Under the pieces are notes generated by a model that made no database searches, was not told the origin of the DNA, and was given only the letters and a program-made list of their open reading frames with translations. Of a stretch of 64,000 bases of DNA, positions 20,085 through 29,531 are shown one piece after another (position 1 is the stretch's first letter; each line of letters begins with the position of its first letter). Position numbers and translations under genes: made by a program. The stretch covers positions 1,664,001 to 1,728,000 of the forward strand of contig OZ241993.1 in the NCBI GenBank assembly GCA_965204575.1. The letters run 5' to 3'. Origin of the DNA: an uncultured candidatus Porisulfidus sp. GTDB taxonomy: Bacteria; Pseudomonadota; Gammaproteobacteria; Poriferisulfidales; Poriferisulfidaceae.

Positions 20085-20127
20085 TTCAAACTATCATGAT
20101 AATTTGAAATTATACTTCAAATTATCA
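20085..20127. promoter_or_regulatory. Three alternating copies of the 12-mer TTCAAATTATCA (operator-like)
   Basis: TTCAAACTATCA 20085-20096, TGATAATTTGAA 20097-20108, TTCAAATTATCA 20116-20127, immediately upstream of the ATPase start. Confidence 0.65.
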
Positions 20128-20399
20128 TTAATTTAAATTTCCCCATCATCTCCGCTAAATATCACAATTCTAGCCATATATAGCTTACAGCCATTCTCTC
20201 AGACAAACACCGAGCACAAGAGTACAATTAGCTCCAGGATTTATATATCTGGCAGTTTTAACCTAGGCCATAGCTAGCGAATCTTTGAAAATTTTCGTGG
20301 CACACATAGCCGCTCCCGAACCGTATAGTAAACGGCATACACCATGGCAAAGTATGAGATTTTGTGCATGAAAGACACTACACCATTCGAGGTGTTCCC

Positions 20400-22565
20400 A
20401 TGAACACTGATGAACAGCGCCAGATACTGTACGCAGCCTTATTGCGACATTCGCCCGAAACTGGATCGTTGCGCGAACGATCTCTTGACCGATTCGTTCT
20501 TGTAGCACTGCTGGGTTCATCTCGGCTGGAACCAATGACCATTCGCCAAATCCAAGAACTCACTGTACTCGCACCTAAGTCTCCTGGGCTGCGTGTTGAA
20601 GTGATTAACGAAACCCTTGAACGTCTTGTCCACGCCAGCAAAGTCGATCACGTGAAAATTTCGGTTGAAGACAGTTACTTCCTGACCGATCTCGGTCGAC
20701 AACACACCGATGAAGCCACTAATTCCGCCGCACAACTTTTTCGGCCAGTTCTCGATCGCATGTTGCGCGACACCACCGGGTTATTCTCCAAGCATGACGG
20801 TGAAAATGTATGTCGGACTTTCATCTCGGAGTGTTTTGCGCGCTTCGGGCATCAGATCGCGAAAGCCGTTGCTGGCGGCCTTGCGAACGACGAATCATTT
20901 GGTGGGGCAGACATTGAGGGAGCTTTTCAAGCAGCCGTTCAAGCAGTCTCCCTCTCTAAAGAAGCTGAACAGACTCTCCGCGCCAGATGTACCCGCTTCT
21001 TGCATAGCATGGAACCCAACGACAAGGATCTGAAATTTTGCCTCGCACAGAGTTATTACGTTGTACAACTTTTGGAACTTAGTCCGAAAAACTTCAATTT
21101 ACTAGCGGACGATGCTTTTCGTGAAGCAGTTTTTTACCTTGATACCAATGTCATCCTTGATGGGGTGATGTCTGATGATTTAGCCCGTCGTTTCAGTGAG
21201 CTTGTAGCAGCGTCAAACACTTTAGGCATTGAGCTTAAGGTTACCCGTGCCACGATTGACGAAGCAACTCACGTTGCGGTGCGTCATATGGAGGATATGG
21301 AGAAAGTTGTCGAAAAAGTACCAGAAAAACTGCTTGAAAGGACTAAAGACCCATTCTTCTCGGCGTACCAAAGTGCAAAAGCAAAAGACCCCGAGATGAC
21401 ACCTGTCAAGTTTATGGCTCGATTCCAAGAATTGCCAGCGTTTTTGCAAAAATTGGACATCACATTCGAAGATAGAAACGCGAACGAGATTGTTGGTGAT
21501 CAAGACGTGTCAAGAGAATGCCAAATTGTGAACAATGCAGCAGAGACAACTCGGGGCTGGGGGAAGAGCGACGACGTAAGTCTCCACGATGTGTCCCACT
21601 TCATACTGGTTCAAGAGGAGAGGCGAGAAAATCCAAAGGCATGGTTTCTGACGAAAGATCGCACGCTAAGTAAAGCTGCGGTCAAGTTAGCGCCCGGCGA
21701 ACTGCCTTTTTGCTTTCCCATGACAGCATTTCTTCAGAGTGTGTCCCCATTTCTTGAAGCACCTACCATACGCCACACTCTCGTTGATATCTTCTCCGCA
21801 GTTCTTGATGGGGAAGTTGGAGATCTGACAGGACGGTCACTGTTTGACGTGGCAGAGCTTCGACTAATCTCTGAACTTCATGCTGATGTTCTGTCTATTC
21901 CCGAGGAGCAACTGTTGCCCGCTTTTGACTATCTCAAAGGCAACCTGCTGAAAGGAAGACCATATCGGCGCGATGAGAACGTGGATATCACCCTTGAGCT
22001 AAGAAAATTCCTTACTTCTAGTGCGCACGAGAAACAAGAAGCACTACTTGCGGAAGTTGAGCAACACAAGGCACTGGCTGTCGCTGAACGGAACAAACGC
22101 ACAGATACCGAGCGAGATGCGGACAGCATGCGTAGGGAGATTGCCCGCTTGCATGCGGAAGCGCGTATCCATAGATTTCTCAGCGGGGGGCTGGCTATAC
22201 TTGGCCTTATTGTCGCGAACGTGTGCTGGCAATTAGACTTCGAACTTGGCCGATGGGCAATGAATTTTTTGAGTGTTAATGGTGTTGACGCTACACCATT
22301 TAACATTGCTATACGTGCGTCTGGTGCGGTAGTGTTTGTGGGTTCACTAATACCTGCACTTTCTTTTGTGCTAAAAGGTCAGTACCGTATACCCAGTTAC
22401 ACTATCGTTGTTGCAACCGCGCTCGGTGCATCTGATTTGGTTGGCCTGCCAATGGTCAAAGCGGCGTCCGCATACTTGGCAGTTGCAACCCCGATTGGGG
22501 TAATGATTGCTTTGGCGTTAGGTGTTCCCAAAGACAAGCAACGAAGAGACGTCGGCGAGCTGTAG
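20400..22565 (+). CDS. Large protein with wHTH-like N-terminus, PIN-like nuclease domain, coiled coil and C-terminal TM helices
   Basis: FYLDTNVI, TIDE, HD and FLTKD PIN-type acidic motifs; about four hydrophobic segments at the C-terminus; SD GAGG before ATG 20400. Confidence 0.65.
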   Translation: MNTDEQRQILYAALLRHSPETGSLRERSLDRFVLVALLGSSRLEPMTIRQIQELTVLAPKSPGLRVEVINETLERLVHASKVDHVKISVEDSYFLTDLGRQHTDEATNSAAQLFRPVLDRMLRDTTGLFSKHDGENVCRTFISECFARFGHQIAKAVAGGLANDESFGGADIEGAFQAAVQAVSLSKEAEQTLRARCTRFLHSMEPNDKDLKFCLAQSYYVVQLLELSPKNFNLLADDAFREAVFYLDTNVILDGVMSDDLARRFSELVAASNTLGIELKVTRATIDEATHVAVRHMEDMEKVVEKVPEKLLERTKDPFFSAYQSAKAKDPEMTPVKFMARFQELPAFLQKLDITFEDRNANEIVGDQDVSRECQIVNNAAETTRGWGKSDDVSLHDVSHFILVQEERRENPKAWFLTKDRTLSKAAVKLAPGELPFCFPMTAFLQSVSPFLEAPTIRHTLVDIFSAVLDGEVGDLTGRSLFDVAELRLISELHADVLSIPEEQLLPAFDYLKGNLLKGRPYRRDENVDITLELRKFLTSSAHEKQEALLAEVEQHKALAVAERNKRTDTERDADSMRREIARLHAEARIHRFLSGGLAILGLIVANVCWQLDFELGRWAMNFLSVNGVDATPFNIAIRASGAVVFVGSLIPALSFVLKGQYRIPSYTIVVATALGASDLVGLPMVKAASAYLAVATPIGVMIALALGVPKDKQRRDVGEL

Positions 22566-22623
22566 GGTCGCCATTTCAGAGCAGTCAAACTATATACTTC
22601 CTTAATTTTTCACAAAGAAACTA

Positions 22624-22863
22624 ATGGACGCACAGCAGATTGAAAACCTGATCCAGGCTGGCATTCCCGATGCCAAAGTGGCCGTCAGCGGCGGCGAAGG
22701 GAAGTTTGAAGCAACGGTAGTCAGCAATGCGTTCGAGGGCCTGATGCCCGTCAAACGCCACCAACTGGTCTACGCCACCGTCCGGGAACAAATCGCAGAC
22801 GGATCACTGCATGCCTTGACGATCCGGCCGTTGACGCCGGAAGAAAGCGAGAAAACCGGTTGA
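22624..22863 (+). CDS. BolA/IbaG family protein
   Basis: VVSNAFEG..VKRHQLVY..LHALTI. Confidence 0.92.
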   Translation: MDAQQIENLIQAGIPDAKVAVSGGEGKFEATVVSNAFEGLMPVKRHQLVYATVREQIADGSLHALTIRPLTPEESEKTG

Positions 22864-22864
22864 T

Positions 22865-23224
22865 TCAGGGGGTTCCGGAGCCCAGGCCCGCGTCAATCTT
22901 GTACAAGCCTTCCTGGGACGCGTAATACGCGGCTAGATCTTTAATATCCTCTTCCGACAGCGGTTGCACAATGGCAACCATGATCGGATTGGTACGCTCG
23001 CCGGTCTTGTAACTCAGCATGCTGTGCAGCAGATAATCCTTATGCTGCCCTGCAATGATCGGGAACGTCGGGATTGGGCTGTTGCCGTCCGTGCCATGAC
23101 AGGCCTGGCAGGTCACAGACTTCTCTTTGCCTGCCACCGGATCACCTGCCAGCACGGGGCCCGAAAGCCCGATGCTCAGTGTAATTACGGCTGAAATCAG
23201 GAAAGGACGGGACGAACGGTTCAT
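22865..23224 (-). CDS. Monoheme cytochrome c (c553/c4 type)
   Basis: Signal peptide from MNRSS (23224), CQACH, P.IAGQ, Met ligand. Confidence 0.9.
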   Translation of the reverse strand: MNRSSRPFLISAVITLSIGLSGPVLAGDPVAGKEKSVTCQACHGTDGNSPIPTFPIIAGQHKDYLLHSMLSYKTGERTNPIMVAIVQPLSEEDIKDLAAYYASQEGLYKIDAGLGSGTP

Positions 23225-23544
23225 TTGAGGGAGGAGAAATAGGTCGCAATGTCTCGGATCTGTTCTTCCGAAAGCCTGACCGAATGCGCCCGCATGGTCG
23301 GATGGCTGCGTTCGCCGGATTGATAGGCTTTCAGAGCCATGACAATGTATTCCGCATGCTGGCCGCCTAGTTTCGGCACATGGTAGGTTGGATAGACATT
23401 GGTGTAACTGGGAACACCGTGGCATCCAAGGCAGGTCCCTGCCAAAGTGCGCCCGCGTTCGATTGCCGCTTCGTCAGCAGTGGCGAGAGCGGGAGTTAAT
23501 CCCAATACGAAAGAAGCCGCAAGAAGATATCCGCGTCCGCGCAT
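23221..23544 (-). CDS. Monoheme cytochrome c (c553/c4 type)
   Basis: Signal peptide from MRGRG (23544), CLGCH, YPTYHVPKLGGQ, HPTM. Confidence 0.9.
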   Translation of the reverse strand: MRGRGYLLAASFVLGLTPALATADEAAIERGRTLAGTCLGCHGVPSYTNVYPTYHVPKLGGQHAEYIVMALKAYQSGERSHPTMRAHSVRLSEEQIRDIATYFSSLK

Positions 23545-23673
23545 GACGTTTATGAAGTCCCAGAAAGATATGTGCGAAGAATCGCTCGTCTGGCGGCCAT
23601 TATACACCGCGCTCTTCACCGAACCGTACAAATGAATGCCTAAAAAGTGGGCTACGAGGCGCAATTTCAATGG

Positions 23674-25479
23674 TTATATCGTCCCAGACTTGGGCTTGTG
23701 CATCATCGGACACTTGTCCCGCGTACAGCCGCAGGGCTTGTCTCCGCAGATCCTCATCTGCTTCATCGCATACTCCATTGCCTCTTCCCGGGTTGCCGTG
23801 AAATACTCGCTCCACTCCGGGCTGGCGAATCCCGTGCGCTCGAAAACCTCCATGATCTCGGGCTTGGCGCGGGTCACGATGAAAGTGATATTGGAATCCA
23901 CCAGTTCCCGCGCGAGGCTGTGCAGCATATGCTCCCCGGTCGAGTCAATCTCCGTGATGCTGCTCGCATCCACGATGATGTAGCGCAAGCCTTCGGTCGA
24001 AGCCGCGGCCCGCAGGACCTGGTCGCTGAAATAACCCGTGTTGGCGAAGAACAGCGGCCCGTCGAAGCGCAGCATCGAGATGCTGCAGCAAGTCTCGAGA
24101 ATCCGCCGCCGGGCATCGGCGAACTTGCCCGTGCTGTCACGCGAAATCAGGCTGATGTTCGGGCGCATGATGCGGTACACGAACAACCCGAGGGCCAAAA
24201 GCACCCCAATGATGATCCCGTTTTCCAAGTGGGGCGCGAATGCCAGCGTCAGCACGAATGTGATGACTGCCACGACCGCATCGTGTTTCTGCACTTTCCA
24301 GGCATCGATGATCGGTTTCACCCGGAACAGGCTGGCCACTGCGATGATGATGACCGAAGCCAGCATGGCCTGCGGCATGTGGTACAGCATCGGGGTCAAG
24401 AACAGCAACGTTGCAGCCACGAGTAGGCCAGTCACAACAGAAGAGAAACCGGTAACTGCCCCGGCGGTTAAATTCACCGCGGAGCGGGAAAACGAGCCGG
24501 AGACCGCATAGCCTTGGAAAAAGCTGGCCGCCAGATTGCCCAAGCCCTGACCTAACAATTCCTGATCGGCATCCAGATGCTGGCGGGTTTTTCGCATCGA
24601 CATCGACTTGGCAACGGAAAACGCCTCCATGAAGCCAATCAGGGAAATGGCAATCGCAACGCCTGCCAGGTCCAGCACATAGCCGAAATCAACGGTCGGC
24701 AATACGAGATTCGGCAAACCCTCCGGAATTGCGCCAACTATGGCCCCACCAAAATTCTCCTTAAATCCGATCAGCCACGAAACTACTGTGGTCAGGATCG
24801 CTGCAACCAAGATGCCTGGCACCTTTTGCGAAATTTTTGGCAAAAAGTACATCATGCCGAGAGCCGCGACACTCATGGCGACCGTCGGCCAGTGCGTGAA
24901 CTCGGAGGCTGCAACCAGTATGTTCCAGACCGTCTCGTAGTGATGTTCGCTTTTCTCTGCGGTCACCCCTAGCAACTTGCCCAATTGGGACGTGGCGATG
25001 ATTAGTGCCGCCGCGTTGGTGAAGCCAATGACCACCGGGTGCGACAGGAAGTCCACCAGCACTCCTAGACGTAAAAGTCCCAGAGCGATCTGGAACACGC
25101 CGACCATCAGAGCCAGCATGATCGCGTAGGCGATGTAGCCTTCCGAGCCTGACGACGCGATCGGCTCCAGGGCCGATGCCGTCAACAGCGAGATCACGGC
25201 CACCGGGCCGGTCGCCAGCTGGCGGGACGAGCCGAACACGGCCGAAACGATTACCGGCAAAAACGAGGCATACAAGCCGTAATAAGTCGGCAGGCCCGCC
25301 AACTGGGCATAAGCCATCGACTGCGGGACGATCACCAAGGCAACGGTGGTGCCGGCGATGAGGTCCGCCTTCAGGACGGCAGAGGAACGCAGTTCCGGCA
25401 GCCATTCGAGGAACGGCAGGAACCGGGTTTTTAAGTATCTCGGGATTTTTTTGGCAGTCTTGACCCAGAATTTCCTCAT
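23674..25479 (-). CDS. SulP-family anion transporter with STAS domain
   Basis: DLIAG..VPQSMAYA, GSSRQLATGP, GSFSRSA, FDGPLFFAN. Confidence 0.93.
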   Translation of the reverse strand: MRKFWVKTAKKIPRYLKTRFLPFLEWLPELRSSAVLKADLIAGTTVALVIVPQSMAYAQLAGLPTYYGLYASFLPVIVSAVFGSSRQLATGPVAVISLLTASALEPIASSGSEGYIAYAIMLALMVGVFQIALGLLRLGVLVDFLSHPVVIGFTNAAALIIATSQLGKLLGVTAEKSEHHYETVWNILVAASEFTHWPTVAMSVAALGMMYFLPKISQKVPGILVAAILTTVVSWLIGFKENFGGAIVGAIPEGLPNLVLPTVDFGYVLDLAGVAIAISLIGFMEAFSVAKSMSMRKTRQHLDADQELLGQGLGNLAASFFQGYAVSGSFSRSAVNLTAGAVTGFSSVVTGLLVAATLLFLTPMLYHMPQAMLASVIIIAVASLFRVKPIIDAWKVQKHDAVVAVITFVLTLAFAPHLENGIIIGVLLALGLFVYRIMRPNISLISRDSTGKFADARRRILETCCSISMLRFDGPLFFANTGYFSDQVLRAAASTEGLRYIIVDASSITEIDSTGEHMLHSLARELVDSNITFIVTRAKPEIMEVFERTGFASPEWSEYFTATREEAMEYAMKQMRICGDKPCGCTRDKCPMMHKPKSGTI

Positions 25480-25694
25480 GTGGGTGATTCCGTTGTTAAA
25501 TCAATCCGCCAAAAAGTGTTGCGATTACTTTAGCATATGGGGTTTTGGCGACCGTTTTCGGCGGTGTTTCCGATGGGCCTGTAGCAAACCGAATAGCCAA
25601 ACGCCCGAAAACCGCTCGATTCCTATTGGCTGACACAGAGAGGTACCGAGAGGCAGCGGATTTGCTATCTCCCGGCACTCCCAAAACAATCTGT

Positions 25695-25973
25695 CTAGGC
25701 AGCTTGTGCCTGATTTTTATCGGGCTGAGAAGGCGACAGAAGTCCGGCGGCGCGGAACCCTTCAAACAACCCTTCCATATGCGATACGCGACTTTCCACG
25801 GAGGACACGCGGCCTTCCAAAGCCGACATGCGACCTTCCAAAGCCGACATGCGGCCTTCCAAAGCCGACATGCGGCCTTCCAAAGCTGAAATGCGGCTCA
25901 AGATGACCTTGCTCTGTGCGAACACGGCACCCAGGATCGTCACGATCAGGATAATCAATTGAATGTTGTCCAT
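25695..25973 (-). CDS. Small single-TM coiled-coil protein with heptad repeats
   Basis: IQLIILIVTILGAVFA followed by four (I/M)SALEGR heptads. Confidence 0.7.
   Translation of the reverse strand: MDNIQLIILIVTILGAVFAQSKVILSRISALEGRMSALEGRMSALEGRMSALEGRVSSVESRVSHMEGLFEGFRAAGLLSPSQPDKNQAQAA
25809..25896. repeat. 21-bp tandem repeat, about 4 copies
   Basis: GCGGCCTTCCAAAGCCGACAT units starting at 25809, 25830, 25851, 25872. Confidence 0.92.
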
Positions 25974-26026
25974 CAGCATGATGCGTTCAGGTTGGTCAGC
26001 CTTATTTATTCCAACCCCGGGGTAAT

Positions 26027-27232
26027 TCAAGATCCCTCCTCAATTCCGTTTTTCGGAGGGGACGATGGTTGCGAGTCTAGCACAGAAGCCTCCCCTGCTC
26101 CAACTGGAAGGCTGTCGGCGTCTTCCATGGTCTCGGAAGAAATCCGGGCGCCGTCGACCCGGTCGCCCAGGCAGGAAGCCAGAAGGTTCCGACCCCGCTC
26201 TGCATGCTCTTCGCTGTGGGTGTCCAGAAGCACCTCACCCTCCGAGATTTCAACCATGCCGAGATACTCGCCGTCCACATTCGCATTCTTCCCAAGGAGT
26301 CGGCTAAACCATTGCCTGATCCGACCATTGCCAGGGGTGCCGGGTTCGACCCAGACCCAAAAGAAACCCCCGTCCTCCACTCTTTCGAGTTCCTCGACCG
26401 CATCCAGGACCGAGGCGATTTCCTCTGGCTTCCTCTTGAGGGGAAAGTAAACTTCGAAATATGCGAAATCCTCCTCGTCCACATCCTCGAATTCGTCGTC
26501 CTCGAAAGACAAGGCCTGATCCAGGGTGTACGACATCCAGAACCATGACAGCATGGCGGCAGGGCCTGGCGAGGACAATGCGGCATCCCGCACGGCACGC
26601 TCGTCCCTCTCGATCCCCTTCGCCTCCTTTCCCGACTCCGCAGAACCGAAGTGAATCCTTGTGTACTCTTCGAACAACTGGTCGAAGGTTTCCAGGATTT
26701 TAGGGACAATCTCGGGAGAGATGGAAAGGTGCTCGTTGGCCAGCAAAGGGTCGCCGTTGATCGTGACAACCCGCCCGGCAATGTAATCCCCCTGCTCCAG
26801 GTATTCCAGCGCTTCCTCCTTTCCCAAAACAACCGGATCATCATCTCGGAACCGGTCCTGGATCGTCACCGCCCCTTCCGGGCTCACCGCCACGACCTCA
26901 TAAAGCGACGCGACAGATTGCCTGATGGCCTTCAGATAACGCTTGCCGCGGACGCTCTCGCGCCAGCCGCATTTCTCAAGATAGGCGTCAACGACATTCT
27001 GTTTCTCTTCTCCGAACTCGACCGCGCAAAAGTCCCCCAGGATGTACGCCCTGAGCATCTGGCTGTGATGTTCGTCCAGCAGGTCGTCGATGTCGCCCGC
27101 GTCAAGCCCGAAGTTTTCTTCGACCGGGTCGAGGTAGAGGTCGATTATTCTGGAGAAACACTCCTGCCACGGCTCCCGCTTGCTCCATTTGGCCAGGTTC
27201 CGGGTCGCCTTGGTGTACTCAGGACGGGACAT
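26027..27232 (-). CDS. Conserved acidic hypothetical protein
   Basis: Long ORF with NVVDAYL..GWRES..RYL..SLYEVV motif; function unknown. Confidence 0.7.
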   Translation of the reverse strand: MSRPEYTKATRNLAKWSKREPWQECFSRIIDLYLDPVEENFGLDAGDIDDLLDEHHSQMLRAYILGDFCAVEFGEEKQNVVDAYLEKCGWRESVRGKRYLKAIRQSVASLYEVVAVSPEGAVTIQDRFRDDDPVVLGKEEALEYLEQGDYIAGRVVTINGDPLLANEHLSISPEIVPKILETFDQLFEEYTRIHFGSAESGKEAKGIERDERAVRDAALSSPGPAAMLSWFWMSYTLDQALSFEDDEFEDVDEEDFAYFEVYFPLKRKPEEIASVLDAVEELERVEDGGFFWVWVEPGTPGNGRIRQWFSRLLGKNANVDGEYLGMVEISEGEVLLDTHSEEHAERGRNLLASCLGDRVDGARISSETMEDADSLPVGAGEASVLDSQPSSPPKNGIEEGS

Positions 27233-27299
27233 GGGGAATCTCAGGTGGCACGCTCAGTCCATTGTATGGCAACGGCATGCCGACCTGGAAACCCTGGCA

Positions 27300-27459
27300 G
27301 AGCATGACCGTAGGAGCCTTGAGTGTCTCCAAATCGTGCTTTCCCCGGATGTCCTAGCGCCAGCCGTGCCACCCGGGATAGCTGTCGATGACGTTCCCCT
27401 CGCCCCGGTCGCCGAGCCGAGTCGTGAAGAAACCCTCCGTGATGAAGGCGGACAGCAAC
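27300..27459 (-). pseudogene. Degenerate paralogous fragment of the adjacent 26027-27232 gene
   Basis: Minus strand reads LLSAFITEGFFTTRLGDRGEGNVIDSYPGWHGWR*DIRGKHDLETLK, versus MLRAYILGDFCAVEFGEEKQNVVDAYLEKCGWRESVRGKRYLKAIR. Confidence 0.75.
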
Positions 27460-27663
27460 GCCGAGAAGACCGTTGTGCCTAGCTATTGCATGTGCAGCAA
27501 GTCAAGAGCGGCTGATCCGGAATGCATCAAGCCGACCGCAAGATTTGTCAGAGATTCCTTTCAAGGAGCAGGGGGCTGTGAGAAATCCACTCAGGGGCGC
27601 CACCAAGAGCAATAAGATATACTCCCTGCGAATTGTAGTGACGAACTCTCTCGAAAACCGACC

Positions 27664-28860
27664 ATGAATCAAAATGAATCACGCATAAGCGTCACACATT
27701 TTCCCCCATACGGCGAAGTTCGCCATCTTCTCCGAATCTGGGATGGGTGGTCCCGAAAACAACTCACTGGATTAAATCAATCTATCCGGAATCTGACAGG
27801 AACACCTCAAAACATCGTCGATTGGACCAATCCTGACAAATGGATCGCTGAACGACTTGGAGGCAAGGACCGCGAACTCGCTGCACTCATCTGGGAACAG
27901 AGTGGTAAAACTGTCAATCCAAGGTATACCCATGGCCACTGGAGCCTGATCCAAAAGTACAACCTTTTCAGTGAAGTATCTGACGGCGAACTTCAACTCA
28001 CCGAAGATGGTCAGGAATTCGTTAACCATGACGCCGGTCAAACTGAGCAATGCCTCGATAAACGAGAAGGGCTCATCGACCTTCTTTCCTTAGTTGAAAA
28101 TAATGAGCCCACACGCGTTAGCGGGATTCGTGAAGACTGGGCCCACCATCTCAAACTCAATTCCAATTTCCGCAGCCCCGCCACTTTCATGACCTGTCTC
28201 CATTCACGAATCAACAATCTACTTGGCCGGGATCTGATAGAACGTGATGGTGTGAGATATTCGCTGACTGGGAAAGGGTCGAAATATCTTCAGCGGTTTG
28301 ACGCCAGAGGAGGGTCTGATGACCCTGCGACGAAACTCCAAAAATCACTGAAACAGCAAGAGGACAGAACCCGGAAAGATCTGTTGGAACGCCTGCTGGA
28401 CATGGACCCTCGGGAGTTCGAATATCTCGTGAAACGCCTCTTAGTCAGCATGGGCTATGAAAACACCGAAGTGACAAAAAGTTCAGGAGATGGCGGCGTG
28501 GACGTGATTGCTGATATCGAAGTTGGTATTACTTCCGTCAAGGAGGTGGTCCAAGCCAAGAGACACCGCGGGACCATTCAACGGCACGTACTGGATGCTC
28601 TTCGAGGCTCGCTGCACCGATTCGACGCGTTCAGAGGAACCATCGTTACAACGGGCAGATTCACGAGTGGAGCCAAGGAAGCCACTTTGGAGCGCCAAGC
28701 CGCGCCAATTACCTTGATTGATGGCGACAAACTCGTAGACCTTTTGATTGAGCATGGCATCGGGGTTCGTAAACATACCATCCATCTGCCTGACCGATTC
28801 CCTCCACTCGGAATTGACGAGGCGGACAGCGAAACTGAGCTAGCCAGCCGAGATGAATAA
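27664..28860 (+). CDS. Mrr-family (type IV) restriction endonuclease
   Basis: EFEYLV, SGDGGVD, VVQAKR, ITLIDGDKLVDLL Mrr_cat motifs; extended N-terminal wHTH-like region. Confidence 0.88.
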   Translation: MNQNESRISVTHFPPYGEVRHLLRIWDGWSRKQLTGLNQSIRNLTGTPQNIVDWTNPDKWIAERLGGKDRELAALIWEQSGKTVNPRYTHGHWSLIQKYNLFSEVSDGELQLTEDGQEFVNHDAGQTEQCLDKREGLIDLLSLVENNEPTRVSGIREDWAHHLKLNSNFRSPATFMTCLHSRINNLLGRDLIERDGVRYSLTGKGSKYLQRFDARGGSDDPATKLQKSLKQQEDRTRKDLLERLLDMDPREFEYLVKRLLVSMGYENTEVTKSSGDGGVDVIADIEVGITSVKEVVQAKRHRGTIQRHVLDALRGSLHRFDAFRGTIVTTGRFTSGAKEATLERQAAPITLIDGDKLVDLLIEHGIGVRKHTIHLPDRFPPLGIDEADSETELASRDE

Positions 28861-28939
28861 ATCTACAGCAATACTTGCCGCAGTACATTTCCGAGCTGGA
28901 GATGGAACACAAGAAACATTTTTCAGGAGGAACTGATCC

Positions 28940-29242
28940 ATGAATTTTACCGAGACAAACCCACGAGAAAACGCCCGTTTGGGAATGGCCTACTTAGAGC
29001 AATCTGTTATCGGGGTGCTTCTGGAGGCAAGAGAGAGCGGGAGCGGATCGCTTGGTGCGACAGAGATCGCAAAGCGGGCTGGTATTCCGGCAAAAGCCTT
29101 CAAGCCCGCGTTCGGTAATGCGATTACGTCCGGAATCTTGGCGCGACTCTCGGAGCAGAAACGCATTGAACAATCATACGATAAAGGACCATGGCGGCTA
29201 ACCGAGGAAGAATTCACCAAACTAGAGGCAACCAGCGAGTAG
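28940..29242 (+). CDS. Small wHTH-like hypothetical protein
   Basis: SD AGGAGG; LGATEIAKRAGI..ILARL..W.LT. Confidence 0.6.
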   Translation: MNFTETNPRENARLGMAYLEQSVIGVLLEARESGSGSLGATEIAKRAGIPAKAFKPAFGNAITSGILARLSEQKRIEQSYDKGPWRLTEEEFTKLEATSE

Positions 29243-29322
29243 TAGACACGACATCAGCCCGGATAGGGTCACCCGCACAATCACCACAGCATTCCGCAAG
29301 TGCAGGAAAATTCTACAACCCC

Positions 29323-29497
29323 TTACCGCACAAAATCAGGATAAACCCTGTCACGGTCAGAAATCACAACCGGGTGGGCGGGCCAATCAATCGAAAAAGC
29401 CGGATCATCCCACCGCGCACCACATTCGTGGCCAGACTCATACATGCGCCCATCTGGTAAAGAACATCCAAGCAATCGTTCCCCTTCAGAAGCCTTG
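29323..29497 (-). pseudogene. rfbC: 3'-terminal remnant of dTDP-4-dehydrorhamnose 3,5-epimerase (rmlC/rfbC)
   Basis: DVLYQMG then a frameshift to YESGHECGARWDDPAFSIDWP...ISDRDRVYPDF, the RmlC C-terminus. Confidence 0.75.
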
Positions 29498-29531
29498 GAT
29501 TTGACAGACTTATCCATCAGACATCTCCCCT

